This document shows, piece after piece, positions 29,391 to 41,120 of a stretch of 64,000 nt of DNA. The DNA is from an uncultured Clostridia bacterium (GTDB taxonomy: Bacteria; Bacillota; Clostridia; TANB77; CAG-508). A program made the translations under genes and the position numbers. The DNA is taken from positions 9,188-73,187 of the forward strand of contig CAKPGM010000005.1 in the NCBI GenBank assembly GCA_934154805.1, read 5' to 3'. The notes below the pieces were generated by a model. It did no database searches. It saw only the letters and a list, made by a program, of their open reading frames with translations, and was not told the origin of the DNA. Every line of letters begins with the position of its first letter. Positions within the stretch are counted from its first letter, which is position 1.

Positions 29391-30095
29391 ATGGATTTTT
29401 GGTTAATGTGGTATGATAACGGCTTAACCATTTTGTTAATGATTATAGGATTTTTTCTTGTGCTTTTTGCACAAATTAGAATTAATTCAGCATATTCTAA
29501 GTATAGAAGAATTCAAAATTATAAAGGTCTTACTGGTTATGAAGTAGCAAAAACTATTTTAAATGCTAATGGATTATCTAATATTGAAATTTATAAAACT
29601 TCTGGTAATTTAACAGATCATTATGATCCATCTAAAAAGTTAATTAGACTTTCTTCTGCAATTTACAATGGAACTTCTATAGCTTCAATGGCTGTTGCAG
29701 CTCACGAATGTGGTCATGCTATTCAAGATAAAGAAAATTATATCTTTTTTAAGATTAGATCTTTTTTAGTTCCTATCGTAAATTTTATTTCATATTTAGG
29801 ATACTTTGGATTAATTGTTTCATTAATTGGTGGTTTAACTGGTTATATCAAATTATCAATTCTAATATTATTTGCAACTGTTGTTTTTCAATTAGTTACA
29901 TTGCCTGTTGAGTTTGATGCTTCTCGTAGAGGAAAAAAGCAATTAGATATGTTAAACTTATCATTCGAACAAGATAATTCAGGAATCAAAAGTGTTCTTG
30001 GAGCTGCTGCAATGACTTATGTTGCAGGCTTGCTTTCGTCTATTTTACAATTGCTTAGATTAGTATTAATTTTAGGAAGTCGTGATAGAGATTAG
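29391..30095 (+). CDS. Zinc metallopeptidase (Zn_peptidase_2 family membrane protein)
   Basis: AAHECGHAIQ HExxH motif and DHYDP block. AGGAGG RBS precedes MDFWLMWYD (start moved to 29391). Confidence 0.85.
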   Translation: MDFWLMWYDNGLTILLMIIGFFLVLFAQIRINSAYSKYRRIQNYKGLTGYEVAKTILNANGLSNIEIYKTSGNLTDHYDPSKKLIRLSSAIYNGTSIASMAVAAHECGHAIQDKENYIFFKIRSFLVPIVNFISYLGYFGLIVSLIGGLTGYIKLSILILFATVVFQLVTLPVEFDASRRGKKQLDMLNLSFEQDNSGIKSVLGAAAMTYVAGLLSSILQLLRLVLILGSRDRD

Positions 30096-30119
30096 TTTAT
30101 TTAAGAAAGGATTTTTACA

Positions 30120-31883
30120 ATGTTAAAGCTTTTAAAGAATTTTACAAAAAAAGATTATTTACTAATATTTATTTGTGTTATATTAGTTGCTTTTCAGGTT
30201 TGGCTTGATTTAAAGCTTCCTGATTATATGTCAGAAATAACGATTTTAGTAAAAACCGAAGGCAGTCAAATGTCTGATATTTTAGAGCAAGGCAAATATA
30301 TGATGCTTTGTGCTGGTGGAAGTTTAGTTTCTGCTATTTTTGTTGGTTATTTATCCTCTTTTATTTCTGCAACTTTTTCAAAAAATATTCGTAAAAAATT
30401 GTTTGAGAAAGTTCAAAATTTCAGTATGGAAGAGATTAATAACTTTTCAACAAGTAGCTTAATTACAAGAACTACAAACGATATTACAAATATTCAAAGA
30501 TTCATTTCTATGGGACTACAGTTATTGATCAAGTCCCCTATTATGGCTGTATGGGCTGTATTTAAGATTTTGAATAAAAGTTGGCAATGGAGTGCTCTTA
30601 CTGGTGCTGCAGTTTTTATTTTGTTAATATGCGTTATATTTTTAATAATTGTTGTAATGCCTAGATTCAAGAGAGTACAGAAATTAATTGATAATATTAA
30701 TGGTTTGACAAGAGAAAATCTAACAGGTATTCGTGTTGTTAGAGCTTTTAATGCAGAAAAATATCAAGAGGATAAGTTTGAAGTTGGTAATAAAGATTTA
30801 ACAGATACGCAGTTATTTAATCAAAGAGCTATGTCTGCTATGTCCCCTGTTATGTATTTAATTATGGACTTACTTACTTTATCAATTTATTTTGTTGGAG
30901 CTTATTTAATTAATGCGGCTAATATGCTTGATAAGATTACAATTTTCAGTAATATGGTTGTATTTTCTAGCTATGCTATGCAGGTTATTATGTCTTTCCT
31001 TATGCTTGCAATGATTTTTGTAATGTATCCTAGAGCTAGCGTTTCTGCAAGCAGAATTGCAGAAGTTTTAGATACAAAAACTAAAATTAAAGATGGAAAA
31101 ATTGATAAAAATACATCATCACTTGTTGGAGAAGTAGAATTTAAAAACGTTTCTTTTAAATATCCTGATGGCAATGACTACGTTTTAAAAGATATTTCAT
31201 TTACTGCTAAAAAAGGAGAAACAGTTGCTATAATAGGTTCTACTGGTTCAGGAAAATCTTCTCTTATTAATTTAATTCCTAGATTCTTTGATGCTACTGA
31301 AGGAGAAGTTTTGGTTGATGGAGTTAATATAAAAGATTATTCGCAAGAATTTTTACATAACAAATTAGGATATGTTCCACAAAAAGCTGTAATGTTCAGT
31401 GGTAGTGTAAATTATAATGTTTCTTATGGTGATAATGGAGATAAAAAAGCTTCCGAAGACGAAGTAAAAAAAGCTGTTGAAATTGCTCAAGGAAAAGAAT
31501 TTGTCGAAAAAATGCCAGAACAATATAACGCATTTATTGCACAAGGTGGAACAAATATTTCTGGAGGTCAAAAGCAAAGATTAGCTATTGCCAGAGCTAT
31601 TGCCAGAAATCCTGAAATTTATATTTTTGATGATTCTTTTAGCGCTTTGGATTATAAAACTGATTTTATGCTTAGAAATGAGTTAAAGAAATATACAAAA
31701 GATGCTACTATGATTATTGTAGCTCAAAGAATTGGAACAATTTTGAATGCTGATAAAATTTTAGTTTTAGAAAATGGCGAGTGCGTTGGTTTAGGTACTC
31801 ATAAAGAACTTTTGAAAAACTGTAAAGTTTATCAAGAAATTGCATATTCTCAACTTTCAAAGGAGGAATTAGAAAATGGGTAA
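30120..31883 (+). CDS. ABC transporter ATP-binding/permease protein (exporter half-transporter 1)
   Basis: Six-TM domain plus GSTGSGKSS Walker A, SGGQKQR signature and IFDDSFSALD Walker B. Confidence 0.88.
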   Translation: MLKLLKNFTKKDYLLIFICVILVAFQVWLDLKLPDYMSEITILVKTEGSQMSDILEQGKYMMLCAGGSLVSAIFVGYLSSFISATFSKNIRKKLFEKVQNFSMEEINNFSTSSLITRTTNDITNIQRFISMGLQLLIKSPIMAVWAVFKILNKSWQWSALTGAAVFILLICVIFLIIVVMPRFKRVQKLIDNINGLTRENLTGIRVVRAFNAEKYQEDKFEVGNKDLTDTQLFNQRAMSAMSPVMYLIMDLLTLSIYFVGAYLINAANMLDKITIFSNMVVFSSYAMQVIMSFLMLAMIFVMYPRASVSASRIAEVLDTKTKIKDGKIDKNTSSLVGEVEFKNVSFKYPDGNDYVLKDISFTAKKGETVAIIGSTGSGKSSLINLIPRFFDATEGEVLVDGVNIKDYSQEFLHNKLGYVPQKAVMFSGSVNYNVSYGDNGDKKASEDEVKKAVEIAQGKEFVEKMPEQYNAFIAQGGTNISGGQKQRLAIARAIARNPEIYIFDDSFSALDYKTDFMLRNELKKYTKDATMIIVAQRIGTILNADKILVLENGECVGLGTHKELLKNCKVYQEIAYSQLSKEELENG

Positions 31884-33693
31884 TGACGAAAAGACTTATA
31901 AACAAAAACCTAGAAATGTCGGTCCTAATAGAGTTAATGAAAAGCCTAAGAACTTAAAATTAGCTCTAAGAAAATTATTGCATTATATGAAAAGATACAT
32001 ACCTTTTATTGTAATTGCTCTTATTTTAGCAACTTTGAGTTCTATTTTGGTCATAATTGGTCCAAATAAATTAAGTAATTTAACAAACGAAATAACAAAT
32101 GGTCTTATGGGCGGAATAAATTTCGATTCTGTAAAATCTATATCACTATTTTTATTGATAATTTATTTAATTGGTGCTGTATTCGATTATCTTCAGGGCT
32201 TTATAATGTCAACAGTTTCTAACAAATTTGCTCAAAGCTTACGTACTCAAATATCTAAGAAGATAAACGCTCTTCCTCTTAGGTATTTTGATAAACATAG
32301 TTACGGTGACATTTTATCTAGGGTAACCAACGATGTTGATACTATTAATATGACTCTTCAACAAAGTTTATGTACTCTTATAGGAGCTTTAACATTGTTT
32401 ATTGGCTCAATTATAATGATGTTCTATACAAATTGGATTTTAGCTTTAACAGGTATTATCTCTTCCCTAATCGGATTTGTATTTATGTTTATAATTCTAG
32501 CAAAATCTCAAAAGTACTTTAACGCTAGACAGGTCGAGCTTGGAAATTTAAATGGACATATTGAAGAAATATATTCTAGTCACAATGTTGTAAAAGCTTA
32601 TAATGGTAATACAGAAGCATCTACCAAATTTGATGAACTTAATCAAAGAGTTTATGAATGTAATAGAAAGAGTCAATTTTTATCAGGTTTAATGCCTCCT
32701 ATTATGAACTTTATTGGAAACTTTGGTTATGTTTTGGTTTGTATTGTTGGTGCTATTTTGGTTATGAATAATCAAATCACTTTCGGTGTAATCATTGCAT
32801 TTATGCTATATATCAGACTTTTCACAGGTCCTCTATCTCAAATTGCACAAGGTATGACAAATCTTCAAACAACTGCTGCAGCATCTGAAAGAGTTTTTGA
32901 ATTCTTAGAAGAACCTGAAATGGATAAACAAGAAAATATTGTAAAGACATTAAAACGCACAGATGCAAAAGGAAATATAATCTTTGACCACATTAAGTTT
33001 TCTTATGATGATGAAAAAACTGTTATAAAAGATTTTAGCTGTAATGTTAAAAGTGGCGAAAAAGTCGCTATTGTTGGACCTACTGGTGCTGGAAAAACAA
33101 CTATGGTAAATCTTCTTATGAAATTCTATGATATTACAGACGGAGATATTAAAATCGATGGAGTTTCTATTAAAGATTTATCTAGAGAGAATATTCACGA
33201 TTTATTTGTTATGGTTCTTCAGGACACTTGGCTTTTCAATGGAACAATTAGAGATAATATAAAATATAACAATACTAATATTTCTGATGAACAAATTATG
33301 CAAGCTTGTAAAGTCGTTGGAATTGATAAGTTCGTTAACTCCTTACCAAATGGTCTTTTATTTGAAATAACTGATAACGAAAGTATTTCAGCTGGTCAAA
33401 AACAGTTAATTACTATTGCTCGTGGTATGTTAAAAGATGCTCCTTTCCTAATTTTAGATGAGGCAACAAGTAATGTCGATACTCGTACAGAGGAGCTTGT
33501 TCAGAAGGCAATGGATAAATTGACTGAAGGAAAAACTTCTTTCATAATTGCTCACAGACTATCTACAATAAGAAATGCAGATATGATTTTAGTTATGAAT
33601 GAAGGAAATATTGTTGAGCAAGGAACTCATGAGGAGTTAATTGCAAAAAATGGATTTTATGCAGATCTTTATAACTCACAATTTAAAAAGTAA
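31876..33693 (+). CDS. ABC transporter ATP-binding/permease protein (exporter half-transporter 2)
   Basis: GPTGAGKTT Walker A, SAGQKQL signature and LILDEATSNVD Walker B. It overlaps the upstream partner by 8 nt. Confidence 0.88.
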   Translation: MGNDEKTYKQKPRNVGPNRVNEKPKNLKLALRKLLHYMKRYIPFIVIALILATLSSILVIIGPNKLSNLTNEITNGLMGGINFDSVKSISLFLLIIYLIGAVFDYLQGFIMSTVSNKFAQSLRTQISKKINALPLRYFDKHSYGDILSRVTNDVDTINMTLQQSLCTLIGALTLFIGSIIMMFYTNWILALTGIISSLIGFVFMFIILAKSQKYFNARQVELGNLNGHIEEIYSSHNVVKAYNGNTEASTKFDELNQRVYECNRKSQFLSGLMPPIMNFIGNFGYVLVCIVGAILVMNNQITFGVIIAFMLYIRLFTGPLSQIAQGMTNLQTTAAASERVFEFLEEPEMDKQENIVKTLKRTDAKGNIIFDHIKFSYDDEKTVIKDFSCNVKSGEKVAIVGPTGAGKTTMVNLLMKFYDITDGDIKIDGVSIKDLSRENIHDLFVMVLQDTWLFNGTIRDNIKYNNTNISDEQIMQACKVVGIDKFVNSLPNGLLFEITDNESISAGQKQLITIARGMLKDAPFLILDEATSNVDTRTEELVQKAMDKLTEGKTSFIIAHRLSTIRNADMILVMNEGNIVEQGTHEELIAKNGFYADLYNSQFKK

Positions 33694-33731
33694 TACGTAA
33701 AAAGAAACCGCTCATATGAGCGACTTCTTTT

Positions 33732-36302
33732 TTATTTTGTTATCCATTTTATTAAATCTAAATTAGCTGAATCTAATATCATTTTATTTTTTGGCATTAC
33801 TCTGAATGTATAACCATAATTTCCACCTGATAGCAATTCTATAGTTGCTTGGTATTCATATTCCTTATTTTCATCATCTGAATTTATTAATGTCATTGGG
33901 ATTATTGAAATATTATCTACTATTCCATCTTCCATTATTTGTCCATAATAAACTTGTGCTTCCACACTATCAACTGATATATTTGGAAGTGTTACTTTGC
34001 ATTTTACCGTTATTTTATTTCCAGCATCTACTGTAATATTGTCCAAATTACTTGCCTCTTGCTTTATAACAATATTCTTCCAATTTAATGTAACATTATT
34101 TTTCCAAGTATTAAACTCTCCAACAGTTGATAAGTCTGAATAATATTGGTTATATAAATTGCAAAGAGGTATATAAAGTTTAGAAACATAATCTATAAGC
34201 ATTCTAGATGTACTATATTTCCCTGCATTTGACATTATAGAATTTTTCATTATTTCTATCCATTTTTTTGATATTCCATTTGCATCTTTTGAGTAATATG
34301 CTGGTATTATTTTATTCTCTAATATTTGATAAATGCTTTCACTATCTGCATTATCTTGTTCATCATAAGAAGAATATTCAGCATTTGTTCCTATTACCCA
34401 ACCATTCTTTTGATTATATCCTTCAGCCCACCATCCATCTGATATACTAAAGTTTATAACTCCATTAGTAGCTGCTTTTTGTCCACTTGTGCCAGATGCT
34501 TCCATTGGTCTTCTAGGAGTATTTAACCATACATCAACACCACTAACCAAATGTTTAGAAAGTTCCATATTATAATTTTCTAATAAGAATATTTTTCCTT
34601 TAAATTGTGGTTTCATAGATATTTCATGTATAAATTTAATTAGGTCTTTTCCCCCACCATCTGATGGATGAGCTTTTCCAGCAAATATTATTTGAACTGG
34701 TCTGTCAGCATTATTTAATATTTGTGTAATTCTTTCTAAATCTCTAAATATTAATGTTGCTCTTTTATATGTAGCAAATCTTCTAGCAAAACCAATTGTT
34801 AACGCATTTGGATTTAGTTGTGATGTTATCTTTTCAATTTCATCATAACGATATCCTTCTCTTTTTAGTCTTGCTGTTATATTATCTTTTACTAATTTTA
34901 AAAGTTTTACTTTTCTGTCATAGTGTGCATTCCAAAGTTCTTTATCTGGAATGTCTGCTACTTTTTGCCAAGTAGAATCATTTTGTATATCGTCTTGCCA
35001 ATATGGTTTTAGATATTTATTATATAATTTCTTTATATTTGGTGCTAGCCAAGTACAAGTATGTACACCATTTGTAACATATGTAATTGGTGATTCATTT
35101 GCTGCAATATTTGGCCATACTTCTCCAAACAATTCTCTTGAAACTGCACCGTGCAATTTACTAACTCCATTTTTCTTTCCGGCATATTTAAGAGCAAGTA
35201 TTCCCATATTAAATCCAGATGTTGCCATGTCAGCATTTGGTTTCATTCCTAGTCTAAAGAAATCTTCTTTTGATATTGAATATCTTTTCCAGTAGTCCTT
35301 AAAATATTCTTCTACTAAATCAAGAGGGAATATGTCATTTCCAGCAGGGACTGGTGTATGAGTTGTAAATATTGTTTTTGATGATACAATTTCTCCTGCA
35401 ACTTCAAAAGATACCTCTTTCTCTTTTATTATATTTTTCATTAATTCTAATATTAAGAAAGCTGAATGTCCTTCATTCATATGATATACAGTAGGAGTTA
35501 ATCCTAATACTCTAAGTAGGCTTGTTCCAGCCATTCCTAGTACAATTTCTTGTTGAATTCTTGTTTCCTGATTTCCACCATATAAATTAGATGTAATTCC
35601 TCTATATTCAGGAATATTGGCATCTATATCAGAATCCATTAAATATAAATTAACTCTACCAACATTTATTTGCCAAACTTTTAAATATAACTTTTTCTTT
35701 GGCATTTTTACAGATACAAGTAAATCTTTTCCTTCTACGTCTTTTACTGGATGTACTGGTAATGAACTCCAATCATTTTCTATATACTCTTCTATTTGTT
35801 GACCATTTCCATTAATTCTTTGGTGCATAAATCCTTGTTTATACAAAAGACCTATAGCTACAAGTGGAATTCCTAAATCACTTGCTGATTTTAGATGATC
35901 TCCTGATAACATGCCCAATCCACCAGAATATATTGGTAGTATTTGATCTAAACCATATTCTGCAGAGAAATATGCAATTAAATCGTGTTTATTATCTGGG
36001 TAGTTCTTTTTAAACCAAGTGTTTTTACTACTCATATAATCTTCAAAATTATTTACAAATTTATCATATTCTTTTAAGAAATCAGAATCCTCAGCTGCTG
36101 CTTCTAATTTTTCTTGAGATACAAGCTTTAAAAATTTAACCGGATTTTTATTCACTGTTTCCCATAAATCTATATCCATTCTTTTAAAAAGCTTTAAAAA
36201 GTCAGTATTCCAAGCCCACCATAAATTTCCAGCTATTTCTGGTAGTTTTTTTATTCTTTCTGGAAGTTGTGGTGTTACCGTTATTTTATTAAAAATGTAC
36301 AT
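33732..36302 (-). CDS. glgP: Alpha-glucan family phosphorylase
   Basis: GGLGMLSGDHLKSASDLG and EASGTSGQKAATNG (PLP-Lys region) motifs. AGGAGG RBS before MYIFNKITV (start moved inward). Confidence 0.82.
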   Translation of the reverse strand: MYIFNKITVTPQLPERIKKLPEIAGNLWWAWNTDFLKLFKRMDIDLWETVNKNPVKFLKLVSQEKLEAAAEDSDFLKEYDKFVNNFEDYMSSKNTWFKKNYPDNKHDLIAYFSAEYGLDQILPIYSGGLGMLSGDHLKSASDLGIPLVAIGLLYKQGFMHQRINGNGQQIEEYIENDWSSLPVHPVKDVEGKDLLVSVKMPKKKLYLKVWQINVGRVNLYLMDSDIDANIPEYRGITSNLYGGNQETRIQQEIVLGMAGTSLLRVLGLTPTVYHMNEGHSAFLILELMKNIIKEKEVSFEVAGEIVSSKTIFTTHTPVPAGNDIFPLDLVEEYFKDYWKRYSISKEDFFRLGMKPNADMATSGFNMGILALKYAGKKNGVSKLHGAVSRELFGEVWPNIAANESPITYVTNGVHTCTWLAPNIKKLYNKYLKPYWQDDIQNDSTWQKVADIPDKELWNAHYDRKVKLLKLVKDNITARLKREGYRYDEIEKITSQLNPNALTIGFARRFATYKRATLIFRDLERITQILNNADRPVQIIFAGKAHPSDGGGKDLIKFIHEISMKPQFKGKIFLLENYNMELSKHLVSGVDVWLNTPRRPMEASGTSGQKAATNGVINFSISDGWWAEGYNQKNGWVIGTNAEYSSYDEQDNADSESIYQILENKIIPAYYSKDANGISKKWIEIMKNSIMSNAGKYSTSRMLIDYVSKLYIPLCNLYNQYYSDLSTVGEFNTWKNNVTLNWKNIVIKQEASNLDNITVDAGNKITVKCKVTLPNISVDSVEAQVYYGQIMEDGIVDNISIIPMTLINSDDENKEYEYQATIELLSGGNYGYTFRVMPKNKMILDSANLDLIKWITK

Positions 36303-36497
36303 TAAAATTCCTCCTTCGTAACTTTGCAATCTTTTCTTTTTGTTTAACATTTTCCCCTATATTATCTATTAATAGAAAAAAATTTGCAAGGGTTTTTGGA
36401 AAAAATATTAATATTTTTATATTATAAAAAATGACAAAAAAATACACAGATTTTAATCCGTGTATTTATATGAATTCATATATTTATAAAATTCAAA

Positions 36498-36776
36498 TTA
36501 TTTCTTGTTTACTAAGTCTTTTAGAGCTTTTCCAGCTTTGAATACTGGAGCTTTTGATGCAGGTATTTTGATTTCTTCCTTAGTTTGTGGGTTTCTTCCT
36601 TTTCTAGCTGCTCTTTTTCTAACTTCAAAAGATCCGAATCCAACTAATTGAACTTTGTCTCCTTTTACTAAAGAATCTGTTACAACATCAACAAATGCAT
36701 TTAATGTTGCTTCTGCATCTTTCTTTGTGCTTCCTGTTTTAGCAGCTATGGCTGCGATTAAATCAGATTTGTTCAT
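36498..36776 (-). CDS. hup: DNA-binding protein HU
   Basis: [11 protein letters not shown]...[24 protein letters not shown]; 92 aa. Confidence 0.92.
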   Translation of the reverse strand: MNKSDLIAAIAAKTGSTKKDAEATLNAFVDVVTDSLVKGDKVQLVGFGSFEVRKRAARKGRNPQTKEEIKIPASKAPVFKAGKALKDLVNKK

Positions 36777-36950
36777 TTAAATTTACCTCCTAATAAGATT
36801 GTATATGTAGACTTAAATGCATCTACTAATAACATTATTCGCCAATATTTGATAAAATCCTTCTTTTTTTTAATATATTTTTCGTGAATCCGTTTTGTCT
36901 GTAAGGTTTGTTCAATTTTACTATCAAAAAAGCCTTGTTTTTCAACACTT

Positions 36951-38574
36951 TCAGCTTTTATAACTTTTCTTATCTCTATTAAAAATCTTACCAATTGGCA
37001 ACATTTCAAGCTCTTCTTTGCTAAATATTTTTATAATATATATACTCACTATGTATACAACTACCGCAAAAATGATTGTTAATATTATAGCTATATTTTG
37101 GTTTATTATACTATTTAGTAATTTATATGTTTCAAATGATAAAATCGCCATTATAAAAGTTGCCAAAATTGGTTTCAGAACAAATTTCGTAAATTCAAAT
37201 TTTATTTTTACATTCTTCTTTAAAGCATATATACTTATAATCATTGATATAATATGGCAAAGTAATGTTCCCACAGCTGCACCGACTATTCCTCCAAGTA
37301 TAAAATCATTAGGGTTTATTTTTATTAATATAACATTAGTAATTAATTTTACTATTACACCTATTCCCAGTGCTATAACTGGAATATAAACTTTTCCTAA
37401 TCCTTGTAGTGCACCATTGACTGTTTGTTCCAGTGTTATAAAAACAATTGATATTGCACTTACTTGATATAAAAATTCTCCAGAACTTGCATTTGGAAAA
37501 AGCATCATTAATATTGGTTTTGCAAAAATTATCATTCCGTATAGTACACGGCATTCCTATTAATATTGTTACTAACATAGAAAGTTTTATTCTCTTTTTT
37601 ATGTTTTTTGTATCTTCTATTGCTTTAGCTGCCGATATTGCTGGTACAAGAGCCGTTGCAAATGCAATATTAAATGACATCGGCAAAGTAACTAACATAT
37701 CTATTTTTCCACTTAGTATTCCATATTGAATTTTTGCTTCTTCTTCTGATAAAAAGTTTTTAAGACCTCTTATTACTGTTACAGAATCAATATTTTTATT
37801 TAGTGATCCTAACACAGCACTTAATGTTAGCGGTAATGCAATAATAATTATACTTTTTATAATCTCTGAGGTTGTTATTGTTTTATGCCTTCTTAATATT
37901 TTCGCCTCATATTTTCTATTTTTTAAATATAATCCAAATAGATATATAAAACCTATAAATGTAGCAATTGTGGTTGCTAGATTTGCTCCTGCTGCCATTA
38001 TATTTGTAGTTCCCTGATATCCCATCACCAAGCATATCATTTCTACTATAAATATAGTAAGTACTGTTTTTGAAAGCTGTTCTATTGTTTGCGATTGAGC
38101 CATCGGCTTCATATTTTCATATCCATTAAAATATCCTCTTAATACTGATATTAAAGAAACAAAAAACACAGAAGGTGCAAGTATCATTAACGTAAGCTCT
38201 GCTTCTGGAATTTGAAGCCATACATTTGCAATAAAATTTGCTCCAAAAAACAATAACATTGCTCCAGCAAATCCAACTAACGAAAACATTGCAAACGCTA
38301 CTTTAAAGATTTTCTGTGCACCTCTATTATCTCCAACCGATAGTTTTTCCGAAATTAGTTTAGCTATTGCATTTGGCACCCCTATTGAAGCTATTGTTAG
38401 TAGCAAAGCATATATTTGAAAACCACTATTATAAATTGCATTTCCTGCATCTCCAAATCCTTTTTTATTTGTTAAATATAGTTTATAAATTAATCCGAAA
38501 ATTTTTATTACAACTTGAGAAAACATTAGTGTTATGATTCCTTGCATAAAACTTTGTTTTTTTGCTTTAGACAT
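36951..38574 (-). pseudogene. SpoVB/MurJ-type (MOP superfamily) polysaccharide/lipid II flippase, split by a frameshift near 37536-37555
   Basis: ORF 37336..38595 reads as a flippase through ...LVTILIGMPCT and then goes out of frame. ORF 36951..37535 (MIIFAKPILMMLFPNASSGEF...) continues the same protein in another frame. Confidence 0.7.
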
Positions 38575-38747
38575 CACATTTCCTCCTGTTTTCAAATATA
38601 TTCTATTATTTTATTTTTAATACTTTTTTCTTTATGTTATAGTTTGGTCCTTACTTTTATAAATTTTTTGACATTTTTTGCAGAAAATTGCTCAAAACAC
38701 TTGTATTTTTCTCGATTTTATAAGATAATATATATGTATGAAATTTT

Positions 38748-41087
38748 TTGAAAGTGGTGAAATTTTTGAAAGTAATAGATAAAATATTAAAAAAATTAAA
38801 AACTGATCGAAATACTTTTTTTACATATATACTCACTCTAATATCTGCTTATTTAGTTATAGATAGAGTAGTTGAAATGTTGATGATGATTTTTACAGGA
38901 ATGGCTTGTACTTATTGGGGACCAATAGGATATACTTTAGCTATTGCCTGTCCTGTGTTTGCATTCTTACTTTCATTCTCATCTAAGTATGCCGATTCAG
39001 ATGCAACAAAGTTAATACTATTTGATACCTATGTTATATGTGTATATATAATGGTAATATCAATGTTCACACAATTCTTTAATCAACTTGGTTGGATGTT
39101 ATTCTTATCAGTTCCAAATTTCACATATATAGCAGCTAACTTCTACACATTGATTAAACCAGCATTTTCAGCCTTAGCATTATACTTGCCTTTAACAACA
39201 TTCTATTTAGTAATCAACTTCTTAATTAAGCAAGTACATGATAACAGACAAATGCTTGAATCTATATACGAATATAAAGGAATTAGCCTTGCTGATAAAT
39301 CAGCATCTTGGGGAAATTATACTTGTGAATTATATTTCGGACTTGACAAACGTAATGGTACTAAGGTTAAGTTAGCAGAGGAAAAAAGATTCTACCCTAC
39401 TTTAATATGTGGTGTGTCTGGCTCTGGAAAAACTTCTCTTTTATTTGAACCTATGATTGCACAAGATTTAACTAGAAAATATTTCTTTAGAGAAATATCA
39501 AAAGAAATGGGATTCACAGCTTTAAAAACAGGAATAGCAACATTAACTTGTCCTTACACTAGTGAATATATAAATGCTAACTTTAATTTAAATATGATAA
39601 AACCAAAAGAAAATAAAGTTAATGTTTATAACACTTATATGCAAAAAATGATTATTGCCGGTTCAGGTGACAATTATGTTTATAAAAACTTAGGACTTAC
39701 TTATATGGCTCCTGACATTGAATCAATAAATCGTATAAAGAAAGTACTAAAAGCTCATAAGCTAAAAGCAAATATTATAGATCCTAACGACATAAATTCA
39801 ATCGGTTTAAATCCTTTTGTATTTGATGATCCAATTCAGACAGCTATTGCAATATCAACCGTCTTAAAAGGGTTATATGCTTCAAGCAATCCTGATATGA
39901 CATTAGCTTATAGAGAAAATGCAGCAAATCAAGCTGTCGAAAACTTAGCAATATTGCTAAAAGAAATGTATCCAAGATTACACAATGATGATTTACCTAC
40001 TCTAGAAGATTTACTAAATTGCTTAACAAATTTCGATTTAGTAGTTAATTTATGTGAAGAATTAAAACAAGACCCAGAGCTTAATACTAAATATTCAGCA
40101 TTAGTAAGTTATATTGAAAGAAACTTTTATCCAAATGCTCCTAGCAGAAACGATATGGAGAAATTTGTAACACATGCAACAGCTCAATTAGATAGTTTAT
40201 TAAGATATTCTGGTGTTAAGAACATCCTATGCAATAGAATAAACACAATTAATTTTGATAAAGCATTATCAAACGGAGAACTTACTCTAATTTGTACAAG
40301 ACGTGGAGATTTAGGACCAAATATTCATCAAGCATTCGGTTTATTCTGTATTCTTATGATGGAATATTCAGTACTAAGAAGACCTGGAACAGAAAAAGAT
40401 AGGATTCCACACTTCTTATACATTGACGAATTCTCAGATTTTGTAGGAGACGCTACAGACCCATTATTTACAATATATAGAAAATATAAGGTTTCAACAG
40501 TTGTTTCTGTTCAAAACTTAGCTCAATTAGATGGTGCAGATAAAAAACACAGATCAACAATAGTTTCTAACTGTTCTAATAAATTCGTATTTGGTAACAA
40601 CTCTCCAGAAGACAACGAATGGTGGTCTAAAGAAATTGGTGAAGAAAAGAGATGGCAATTTGGTAATAGTTATGATACAGCAAAAGGAGAATACGAGTCA
40701 AAGCTATCTGGAATCAAATATGGACCTGAAATAAGATATAAACCAGGAAAAATACAAGCACTTAAATTTAAACAAGGTTTCTACAAGCTAAAAAATATAG
40801 GTGGTAAGTTTGATAATGGTATTGTTATATTAGATTTCTTATCAGCAAAATATTCAGAGGATAAACCTGTTAAGTTTTATGATTTTGATAAATATAATTC
40901 AGGTACACCTTATACTCCTGAAGAATCAGTTAATAAGAAGCAAAAAAATAATTTAAAACATTATCATTTTGATGACAATGTTGAAGATGAAATTGATCCA
41001 ATTAATACAGATACAACAGATTCAAAATATCTATTTGATAATGAAGATGCAATCGTAATCAATTTAAAGAAACAAAACAAACAATAA
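38748..41087 (+). CDS. VirD4/TraG/TraD-like coupling-protein-type ATPase with an N-terminal multi-TM domain
   Basis: About 5 TM helices, Walker A GVSGSGKTS, Walker B FLYIDEFSDF and VVSVQNLAQLDG...VSNCSNKFVFG C-terminal block. The start (TTG at 38748 or TTG at 38766) is uncertain. Confidence 0.6.
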   Translation: MKVVKFLKVIDKILKKLKTDRNTFFTYILTLISAYLVIDRVVEMLMMIFTGMACTYWGPIGYTLAIACPVFAFLLSFSSKYADSDATKLILFDTYVICVYIMVISMFTQFFNQLGWMLFLSVPNFTYIAANFYTLIKPAFSALALYLPLTTFYLVINFLIKQVHDNRQMLESIYEYKGISLADKSASWGNYTCELYFGLDKRNGTKVKLAEEKRFYPTLICGVSGSGKTSLLFEPMIAQDLTRKYFFREISKEMGFTALKTGIATLTCPYTSEYINANFNLNMIKPKENKVNVYNTYMQKMIIAGSGDNYVYKNLGLTYMAPDIESINRIKKVLKAHKLKANIIDPNDINSIGLNPFVFDDPIQTAIAISTVLKGLYASSNPDMTLAYRENAANQAVENLAILLKEMYPRLHNDDLPTLEDLLNCLTNFDLVVNLCEELKQDPELNTKYSALVSYIERNFYPNAPSRNDMEKFVTHATAQLDSLLRYSGVKNILCNRINTINFDKALSNGELTLICTRRGDLGPNIHQAFGLFCILMMEYSVLRRPGTEKDRIPHFLYIDEFSDFVGDATDPLFTIYRKYKVSTVVSVQNLAQLDGADKKHRSTIVSNCSNKFVFGNNSPEDNEWWSKEIGEEKRWQFGNSYDTAKGEYESKLSGIKYGPEIRYKPGKIQALKFKQGFYKLKNIGGKFDNGIVILDFLSAKYSEDKPVKFYDFDKYNSGTPYTPEESVNKKQKNNLKHYHFDDNVEDEIDPINTDTTDSKYLFDNEDAIVINLKKQNKQ

Positions 41088-41090
41088 TAA

Positions 41091-41120
41091 AAAAATTCCC
41101 CCTTAAAAGGGGAATTTTTT
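41091..41120. terminator. Bidirectional terminator between convergent genes
   Basis: AAAAAATTCCCCTT aaaa GGGGAATTTTTTT. Confidence 0.75.

Noticed and set aside
36773-37009. The 78-aa ORF between hup and the flippase gene
   Set aside because: It overlaps the 3' end of the flippase ORF and the hup promoter region. Its composition is low-complexity and it has no RBS.
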